A stretch of DNA of 38,792 bases from Waddliaceae bacterium. Its GTDB lineage: Bacteria > Chlamydiota > Chlamydiia > Chlamydiales > GCA-2709385. This document shows, piece after piece, positions 25,980 through 32,735 of the stretch. Both the position numbers and the translations under genes were made by a program. Positions within the stretch are counted from its first letter, which is position 1; each line of letters starts with the position of its first letter. The stretch is taken from NCBI GenBank assembly GCA_002709385.1, contig PAQS01000005.1, positions 39,425-78,216 on the forward strand, given 5' to 3'. Below the pieces are notes generated by a model that was not told the origin of the DNA, ran no database searches, and was given only the letters and a program-made list of their open reading frames with translations.

Positions 25980-27458
25980 ATGCCTAGAATTGAAAACACA
26001 AACGAACACAGTTCTATATATAGTTATAATCAAAACGGAAAAATAGATGATAAAATAAACAAATTAGATGTTTTAGTTAATAAAATTTCTCATCCAGATG
26101 AAAACTTTCAAGGAGTTTTTGGATCAATAAAAAAGTGGGGAACTGAAAAACTTATTAAATATCGATTCAAATCTCTTAGTAAATGTCCCCTTTCAGAAAA
26201 GCAAGAAACTAGAGTTCTAAGTTTAATAACAAAAACACAAGTAGTACTAAAATCAAAAAAGATAAACTCAATCGAATTAGTTTTAAATTTAAAATACAGT
26301 TTAAGTGAAAATTTAAAAAAGAACTCAATAGACAAAATTCATGTTCTAAAATTAGGTAAAAAAATTACTGAATCGAGCGATGCTCTTTTAGATATTTCCA
26401 ATTCAAAAACAAACCAAAAAACAGTTCAAGAATTAAACAACAGTTATCGCTATCTTATGCTGAAATCTTTATTTAGTTCTCGTGAAAACAAACAGGATAA
26501 AATAGAAAATGCTGCAATTAATGAAAATGAACTAGATCAAATAAATAATTTTTTAAATAATCCTGAGAATAAGGATCTTTCTAATAATTTCTCCAAAATA
26601 ATAGAAAAATTTATAACTCTTAAAATCATTGCAGAAAAAGAATTTGCTTCAGGATCGCTTAGCCCTGAAACGATTAAATTTATTGATAATTGTAATACAG
26701 AAGCCATAAAACTTTTATCTTCTTTTGAAGATCCTAATTTAATTATTCTATTTTCTCGTTTATTTTCTAGTATAAGAGAATCGGTATTCCCATCAGTTAT
26801 GCAGGACCCGGGTGATATGGCTATTGTTATAGGCTTTCCAAGTGATAAAAATTCTCTTTATGAAGGCGAATTAAAAGAGCACTTGGAGGCTATCGACCTC
26901 AATCTAGAGCGCTATTTAAATAATGTTTTAAGAAATAATTCACTTCTTCCTCAGTTTCATGAAGACATTGAAAATAAAGAGGATCCTCACCCTAGACATT
27001 GTCGCACATATGTTAGCTCCGAAGATGGAAGCCCTGCTAACATAAACGATTCCACTAAGTTTAACGGCAAGCCTATTACCGTAGTTGTAGAATCAAGAGT
27101 TAGAGGGATAGACTCTCTTTCAAAAACCTCATTTCAAATTAATGTTCAGGAGATTATGAAAGAGATCTATCCTGATCTAGAACTTCCTAACGAAGAACAA
27201 ACACAAAAATGCCTCTTGGGCTTAGCTGCTCTATCAGCTTTCCATTCAAACAAAACCTCTGATCCTCAAAAAATCGATGATGCTTGGGGAGACATTAATA
27301 AACCTGAATCCAAAATTAAACCCGTACTGGATTATATGGGAGTCGATACAGACAACAAAGAGATATTAGATAAGTGTCAAAAACATGCAGATCATCTTTC
27401 TAAACAATTTATAAACGCTTACGTTCAAGAACTTTGTCAATATAAGGCCGTATCGTGA
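25980..27458 (+). CDS. Asn/Lys/Ser-rich low-complexity hypothetical protein (492 aa).
   Basis: Long ORF with strongly biased composition. It overlaps the next gene by ATGA (translational coupling). Confidence 0.5.
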   Translation: MPRIENTNEHSSIYSYNQNGKIDDKINKLDVLVNKISHPDENFQGVFGSIKKWGTEKLIKYRFKSLSKCPLSEKQETRVLSLITKTQVVLKSKKINSIELVLNLKYSLSENLKKNSIDKIHVLKLGKKITESSDALLDISNSKTNQKTVQELNNSYRYLMLKSLFSSRENKQDKIENAAINENELDQINNFLNNPENKDLSNNFSKIIEKFITLKIIAEKEFASGSLSPETIKFIDNCNTEAIKLLSSFEDPNLIILFSRLFSSIRESVFPSVMQDPGDMAIVIGFPSDKNSLYEGELKEHLEAIDLNLERYLNNVLRNNSLLPQFHEDIENKEDPHPRHCRTYVSSEDGSPANINDSTKFNGKPITVVVESRVRGIDSLSKTSFQINVQEIMKEIYPDLELPNEEQTQKCLLGLAALSAFHSNKTSDPQKIDDAWGDINKPESKIKPVLDYMGVDTDNKEILDKCQKHADHLSKQFINAYVQELCQYKAVS

Positions 27459-27973
27459 CAAAAATCAGCATCGATCAGTTACAAAACAACGATAATTTTG
27501 AAAATCTTATCAAGGCACATAAAGGTACTTGGCATAATTGGAAGCGCACGGTAGTCGTCATTTCAACAGAAGAATCTAATCCCACAAAAAAACTCTATGA
27601 GTTTAAAGAACAAAATATTTTCACACGAATCATAAAGTTTATTTGCGGACAAGAGCTTATGAATAAAAAAGAGATCCATAAAGTTATCACACAAATTAAA
27701 TCATCACCTCTTCCAGAACACATAAACCCAAACTACACCTCATCAGAGGAAAAACAAACAAATAAAATTTTCACACCAGAACAATCTAAAAAATTTACAA
27801 TAAAGACACTGAGAGCAGTAAGAGCAAGCAAAGAAGAATTTCGCTCATGGCTTAAAGATCATCATCATAAAATTCAAGAGTACGATCTAGACGGAATAGC
27901 TCACACTATGGCTAAATATCCAAAACAAACTGTGAACTTTTCAGCGTTTTACTTGAAGAACATATTCCTTTAA
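27455..27973 (+). CDS. Hypothetical protein (172 aa); probably the N-terminal portion of a frameshift-disrupted ankyrin-repeat gene.
   Basis: The ORF overlaps the upstream gene by 4 nt. Its last 58 nt overlap an open frame (27916-28416) that encodes ankyrin repeats but has no start codon. Confidence 0.5.
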   Translation: MTKISIDQLQNNDNFENLIKAHKGTWHNWKRTVVVISTEESNPTKKLYEFKEQNIFTRIIKFICGQELMNKKEIHKVITQIKSSPLPEHINPNYTSSEEKQTNKIFTPEQSKKFTIKTLRAVRASKEEFRSWLKDHHHKIQEYDLDGIAHTMAKYPKQTVNFSAFYLKNIFL

Positions 27974-28416
27974 ATCAAATCGATAAGAGAGATGAATTTA
28001 AGAATACTCCAATATTATGGGCCGTTGCTAATGCTAATTCTCCTCATATAAACGCACTGCTTTCTCTCCAAGACCAAGGCCATGATATCGGTATCGATAT
28101 TGCCGATGAAAGTTCTCATAACTCAACACCACTTACCCTTGCTATTTCTAAAGGGAGAAGAGCTAAACACAAAGGTGATTCAATCATAGAAAAACTAATT
28201 GAACACAGTAGTAACTACGAACATGCAGATGCCAGTGGAATGACAGCAATGCACTGGGCTGCTTTACGTCATGAAGTTAAATGGATGGAAATGCTCAAAG
28301 AAAAAGGAGCCATTGTAGACGAAAAAGCACAAGAAATGTGGAATCTACCTTTAGAAGAAGCAAATGCTAGGTTCTCCTCAAGCATATACCCTTCTAAACG
28401 AAAAAAACAGACCTGA
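27916..28416 (+). pseudogene. Ankyrin-repeat coding segment lacking any start codon (frame +1 relative to the 27455 ORF); frameshifted C-terminal part of an ankyrin-repeat protein.
   Basis: The frame is open from 27916 to TGA 28414-28416. It translates as …NTPILWAVANANSPHINALLSLQDQGHDIGIDIADESSHNSTPLTLAISKG…DASGMTAMHWAALRHEVKWMEMLKEKGA… (two or three ANK repeats). There is no ATG, GTG or TTG in-frame for about 105 codons. Confidence 0.6.
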
Positions 28417-28490
28417 AATAAAATTTCCTTTCTAATCCCCAAGGTACCTGCCTCAATATTTTTACAAGCATCTCGAGAATTAGAACTCAC

Positions 28491-28679
28491 CGCGTCTTAG
28501 CTTCTTGGATTCGCCGCGTTTAATAATTTTTTTCTACGATTTTACCCTTATTTTACTTATGACTCCCACTAGCCCTCATACGATATCTCATCGCCCTATC
28601 ATGCTTCTTTTTCACCTCTAATCATGATGAATCTACAGCACATCATTTAAACGCGGCGAATCAAAGAAGCTAAGACGCG
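28491..28679. mobile_element. MITE-like miniature element: 33-bp terminal inverted repeats (CGCGTCTTAGCTTCTTGGATTCGCCGCGTTTAA at 28491-28523, partner at 28647-28679, one mismatch) flanking about 123 bp of non-coding sequence.
   Basis: The inverted repeats are seen directly (32/33 identical). There is no internal ORF. It sits in a 400-bp intergenic region next to the disrupted ankyrin gene. Confidence 0.55.
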
Positions 28680-28826
28680 AAGAAAATCTTATTACCCTCG
28701 AGCCTCTTACAAAAATACATAAAAACGTTCTTCAAATCTTGGAAATGGTATCTGCTTCACTATTTTTGCAATCGACTAGCGAATCTGTAGCCATTTAGGG
28801 TCTAAGCTTCTACAAAAACTTGACTC

Positions 28827-29918
28827 TTGACGAACAGTCATTTAGGGTGTAGGACTTTTCTTTCACCATATTTTCAGAAGAAAACAGCTATGAGCACAAT
28901 TCATTCGCTTGAGTATAAATTATCTGAATTAACAGAGAGCAGTTATCGCTGTATTGACTATACAAAAAAAACTCTTGCTAATCTGTTTTTTTGCCACAAA
29001 CCTTCCACTCAAGGAAGTTCTTTTTCTAAGTTTAAGCAAATTAGTAGCCCTATATCAGGCATTCCTAATGTTGGGAATAGCTGCTATCTTTCAGCAGCAC
29101 TCCAAATTCTTTTTGTCATCCCTGATATAAAAGATAATTTCTTAAATCCTCCTTTACTAAGGCGACAAAACCATTCACATACGTTCACCGAAACACAATC
29201 AGAGTATCAAAAGCGAGAAGCCTTACGCCGTAGTCTCTTGAAAATTTACAGAGAAAAACAGAGTTCGCACAAAGAAATTTCTAATCAATCTGTGAGATCT
29301 GTAAGACTTGCCGCATTTTCTGCTGGTTTCGAAGGCGGTGAAGGGCTTCATGAACAGCATGATGCTTATCTTTTTTTACAATTTTTGCTTTCAAGTTTGG
29401 ATTATCCAATCATCTCTTATGGTTCTTTCTCTGAAGAAGAAGATCATTTAGATCACTCTAAAGCATTAAAAGAACAAATCATCTCACTCGCTTGGGGAAA
29501 AGAAGAAAAGCCAAGCTCTATAGCCGAGCTTCTTAAATCTATAGAAGAAAAAAAACAAATTGCCTTAATTGGGAAAGTTGCAGCACCTATCCTTTTCATA
29601 CACTTGAAACGGTATCATTTTGAAAATAACAAGATTCACCGTCTTTCTTTGGAAATTGACCGTTCAGAAGAAATAAACATTCCTTTATTTTATCCCAAAG
29701 CTCAAACCCCTTCCAAGCATTTGAAATATCAGGCGATTGCATCTATTTGTCACTTGGGAAAATCAAGTGACTGTGGTCATTACACAGCCTATATATATGA
29801 TAAAGATGAAAAGGAAGTGTATTGTAATGATCGAAATACAACTTATACAAATATGGATGTATCGGGAATCAAAATTGCGAAAAATGGGTATCTGCACGTA
29901 TATCAACTGAAAGAATAA
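28827..29918 (+). CDS. Eukaryotic-type ubiquitin-specific protease (USP/UBP, peptidase C19) homolog. The likely start is ATG 28890; the ORF track start is TTG 28827.
   Basis: Cys box GIPNVGNSCYLSAALQIL and His box …ICHLGKSSDCGHYTAYIYD… at the expected spacing, with a QQHDA-type motif (HEQHDAYLFLQFLL) between them. Confidence 0.75.
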   Translation: MTNSHLGCRTFLSPYFQKKTAMSTIHSLEYKLSELTESSYRCIDYTKKTLANLFFCHKPSTQGSSFSKFKQISSPISGIPNVGNSCYLSAALQILFVIPDIKDNFLNPPLLRRQNHSHTFTETQSEYQKREALRRSLLKIYREKQSSHKEISNQSVRSVRLAAFSAGFEGGEGLHEQHDAYLFLQFLLSSLDYPIISYGSFSEEEDHLDHSKALKEQIISLAWGKEEKPSSIAELLKSIEEKKQIALIGKVAAPILFIHLKRYHFENNKIHRLSLEIDRSEEINIPLFYPKAQTPSKHLKYQAIASICHLGKSSDCGHYTAYIYDKDEKEVYCNDRNTTYTNMDVSGIKIAKNGYLHVYQLKE

Positions 29919-30009
29919 GGAAACACTACATTTCCTCTGCTAATGTATGCTATATATTGGGGTAATTGTAGTTACTCTAGAAAAGCACGCGGAAATCTTT
30001 TGAGGTGAT

Positions 30010-30930
30010 ATGACCTACACTAGCACTGGATATCAAGTTGGTCCTTCCTTTACCCCTGAAATTGTAAAAAAATTGATCATTTTTACTGTCGCGGTGAGTA
30101 TTGCTTCTGCTTTGTTTGATCCGATTTTTCATCGTGTTTTTACGATGATGGGACCTCAAGACTGGCTAAGTCTATCTCCTTTATGGTCACAGCGCTTGTT
30201 TCTTTGGCAACCAGCTACTTATTTTTTTGTGCACCCCAGTCAATCTGGCATTCATTTCTTCTTTCTTCTCCAATTATTTTTTAACATGTATTTGCTATGG
30301 GTTTCTGGGTCCACTTTGATACAAGAACTTGGTAAACGTTCTTTTTTACGCCTTTATTTTTTGTGCGGCCTTTTTTCCGGAGTTTGTACTCTGGCATCTA
30401 TGTATCTTTTGGGGATTTATGGACGCCTAGCAGGTTGTCATAACATTGTTTTAGGCCTGCTTTTTGTGTGGACGATGTTTTATCCTAGAAATCTCATTCA
30501 ATTTTTCTTTGCCATTACCTTAGAAGCTCGTTGGTTAATCGCCATATTCATTGGTGCTACGGTTCTTATTGATATTTCTCAGTTAGATATAATAGGGCTA
30601 ATTAGCACTTTAAGTAGTGTTGGTTTCGCCTATATTTTTTCTGTAGCAGCCTGGGATTTGCGTAGTCCTTTTCCTGTGACACATGGTATGGACCAAGCCA
30701 TTGCTTCTTTGGGCGCTTCTATTCAAGAAAAATGGAACAAAAATCGCAGCAGCTCTCCTAACTCAAGTGGTAAAATATTCGATATTCATACAGGGGCTGC
30801 CATCGATACTGAAGAATCTTTTATGAACCGTATGCTCGACAAAATTTCTTCCGAAGGAGAGGATTCTCTCAGTTGGCTAGAGCGACGCAAGATGCGAAAA
30901 ATTTCTGAGAGAAAGAAAAAAGAAGACTAG
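30010..30930 (+). CDS. Rhomboid-family-like polytopic membrane protein, apparently lacking the catalytic Ser/His dyad.
   Basis: TM2-TM3 region HFFFLLQLFFNMYLLWVSGSTLIQELGKRSFLRLYFLCGLFSGV aligns by eye to E. coli GlpG [42 protein letters not shown]. The GxSG position reads RLAGCHN and no AHxxG is seen in the later TM helices. Confidence 0.45.
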   Translation: MTYTSTGYQVGPSFTPEIVKKLIIFTVAVSIASALFDPIFHRVFTMMGPQDWLSLSPLWSQRLFLWQPATYFFVHPSQSGIHFFFLLQLFFNMYLLWVSGSTLIQELGKRSFLRLYFLCGLFSGVCTLASMYLLGIYGRLAGCHNIVLGLLFVWTMFYPRNLIQFFFAITLEARWLIAIFIGATVLIDISQLDIIGLISTLSSVGFAYIFSVAAWDLRSPFPVTHGMDQAIASLGASIQEKWNKNRSSSPNSSGKIFDIHTGAAIDTEESFMNRMLDKISSEGEDSLSWLERRKMRKISERKKKED

Positions 30931-31175
30931 CAAGAAGCGTGTTCGTGATCTTTTTTTAAAGCTCTCAAGGCTGTTAATGCTGTGTGTAAACCTTCAAAAA
31001 GCCCTTCTTCATAGCGGAAAATTGGGTGTGTTTCTAATTCTGGAAAGTCACAAGGTTGTAAAACATCATCACTCGTTGCTTGAGGGACAATGCGACGGGC
31101 TATATCTAAAAGTTTTTTGCGTTGTCTTTCAATCATATCAACAAGCATTTGTTCTTGCTCTTTCCATTCACTCAC
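30927..31175 (-). CDS. Small conserved hypothetical protein (82 aa), co-oriented with tadA and overlapping it by 8 nt.
   Basis: ORF coupled to tadA; no motif recognised. Confidence 0.4.
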   Translation of the reverse strand: MSEWKEQEQMLVDMIERQRKKLLDIARRIVPQATSDDVLQPCDFPELETHPIFRYEEGLFEGLHTALTALRALKKDHEHASC

Positions 31176-31674
31176 TTTTCTCTCCTTGCTTTTCCATTCG
31201 TCGCTTTTTAAAAAATTCTTTTAACAAGAATGATGACTCATCTCCTAGGATTCCGCGACGAATAGAGATCTCATGGGTAGGATGTTTTTGAGCAAAAAGA
31301 TCCACCCAACTACCATTTGCTCCATGCCGGATATCTGGCGCCCCGTAAACAAGAGTATCAATTCTTGAGAGAAGCATTGCTCCTGCACACATACTGCAAG
31401 GTTCCATTGTGCAGTATAACGTAGTTTTACTTAAACGCCAGCTATCTAATGCAGCAGATCCTGCCGTTAAACAGAGCATTTCTGCGTGTGCTGTTGCATC
31501 TTTTAGCATTTCTACTTGATTGTGTCCTCGTGCGATGATTTTATTTTCTCTTACTAGAACAGCTCCAACAGGTACTTCATTATTTTTGAATGTTTTCCAT
31601 GCTTCTTTCAAAGCTTCTAGCATGAATTTATCGTCATCATTATTGGTAATTATTTGAAATGGAAATGGGGTCAT
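31168..31674 (-). CDS. tadA: tRNA-specific adenosine deaminase.
   Basis: 168 aa with the CDA-fold zinc motifs HAEMLCL…(about 25 aa)…PCSMCAGAM. Confidence 0.88.
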   Translation of the reverse strand: MTPFPFQIITNNDDDKFMLEALKEAWKTFKNNEVPVGAVLVRENKIIARGHNQVEMLKDATAHAEMLCLTAGSAALDSWRLSKTTLYCTMEPCSMCAGAMLLSRIDTLVYGAPDIRHGANGSWVDLFAQKHPTHEISIRRGILGDESSFLLKEFFKKRRMEKQGEKSE

Positions 31675-31825
31675 TTTTCTCTAATTTTTTGGTCGAAGTA
31701 TTAGAGAATTAGTGTATCTTTCCTTTTAGTGAAAATCAACACTTGCCTCTCTCTAAGAAGAATCCTATACTTACGAGCAAGTGTATAATGTTAAGGGAAA
31801 GTACCCTGTTTAGGAGTTTTCTTCT

Positions 31826-32065
31826 ATGAGTCAAGGTGAAGAACATCATTATTTTTATCACGAGCCAATTTCTAGACAGGCTCAAGCTGACTATATTCAA
31901 GAAATTGTAGCGAAGTATCAGAAAGAGCCTATAACTGATGACCTCATTAAAAAAGTTTATGACGAACTTATGATGGAGAAACATTTTGGAAGAATTACGA
32001 TTCCTTTCAAAGTCAAGAACCACGACAACGAATACATAGAAGTTTTACTTGATACTCGTGTTTAG
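31826..32065 (+). CDS. Small hypothetical protein (79 aa).
   Basis: AGGAG RBS 9 nt upstream of the ATG; no motif recognised. Confidence 0.4.
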   Translation: MSQGEEHHYFYHEPISRQAQADYIQEIVAKYQKEPITDDLIKKVYDELMMEKHFGRITIPFKVKNHDNEYIEVLLDTRV

Positions 32066-32135
32066 GTTTCGACAAAGAAATAGTTAAGGCCTCGTAGTTC
32101 TATCTGCTCCTTACCCCCGCTTGTCTCTATAATAT

Positions 32136-32165
32136 CTTGATCTCTTAACAAGGTTCCTCTATAAT
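32136..32165 (+). promoter_or_regulatory. Candidate rpsO promoter (TTGATC, 17-nt spacer, TATAAT). A second perfect TATAAT lies at 32128-32133.
   Basis: Perfect -10 hexamer, 17-nt spacer, 4/6 -35. It lies about 70 nt upstream of the rpsO ATG. Confidence 0.4.
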
Positions 32166-32234
32166 AGAGGCTTGAGGTTTTAACTATTATAACTCACAGC
32201 TCAGTCGTTATACAAATACGGGAGTGTCCGTCGA

Positions 32235-32504
32235 ATGTCATTAGATAAGGGTACAAAAGAAGAAATAACAAAGAAGTTTCAGCTTCACGAGAAGGATACA
32301 GGTTCGGCTGATGTGCAGATTGCCATTTTAACCGAGCGTATTACTGAGCTCACCGAGCATCTGAAGCGATCTCCAAAGGATCACGCTTCGCGTTTAGCCC
32401 TTCTAAAATTAGTAGGTCAAAGACGCCGTCTTCTTGATTATTTGAACTCCACTGATACGAAGCGGTATCAGTCTCTGATCGCCAAGCTAAAACTGCGTAG
32501 GTAG
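32235..32504 (+). CDS. rpsO: 30S ribosomal protein S15.
   Basis: 89 aa; …[50 protein letters not shown]… is the canonical S15 sequence. Confidence 0.95.
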   Translation: MSLDKGTKEEITKKFQLHEKDTGSADVQIAILTERITELTEHLKRSPKDHASRLALLKLVGQRRRLLDYLNSTDTKRYQSLIAKLKLRR

Positions 32505-32517
32505 TTTTAGCTAAGTC

Positions 32518-32556
32518 AGGCCAAAGGGCGCGCGAGCGAGCTTTGGCCTTTTTTGT
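32518..32556 (+). terminator. Rho-independent terminator between rpsO and pnp.
   Basis: AGGCCAAAG…(16-nt GC-rich loop)…CTTTGGCCT followed by T6. Confidence 0.7.
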
Positions 32557-32735
32557 ATATGGGGGAGGAAAAAACAGGTCGTAGAAATCAGAAACCACTT
32601 CTTGAGTTTGTATATTTTATATTTGAGGCGTGCTTTCTGAATTCTACATCACATTTTCTTTCCTATTTCTGAATATTTCATGATATAAAAAATCTTTTAG
32701 ATTTGCTTTTACAGATTTCTTAGGAGAAATTTAAT

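Noticed and set aside
25980-27458. Possible nucleotide-level tandem repeats in the Asn/Lys-rich gene.
   Set aside because: The bias is compositional (AAT/AAA-rich codons) rather than a defined repeat unit; no periodic unit could be extracted by eye.
28269-28490. 73-aa minus-strand ORF overlapping the ankyrin fragment and the MITE left end.
   Set aside because: Antisense to recognisable ANK-repeat coding sequence; no RBS.
30977-31291. 104-aa plus-strand ORF overlapping the 82-aa gene and tadA on the opposite strand.
   Set aside because: tadA is unambiguous on the minus strand, and this ORF has no motif or RBS.
31736-32023. 95-aa minus-strand ORF overlapping the 79-aa plus-strand ORF.
   Set aside because: The plus-strand ORF has a canonical AGGAG RBS; the minus one has none and has a hydrophobic low-complexity translation.
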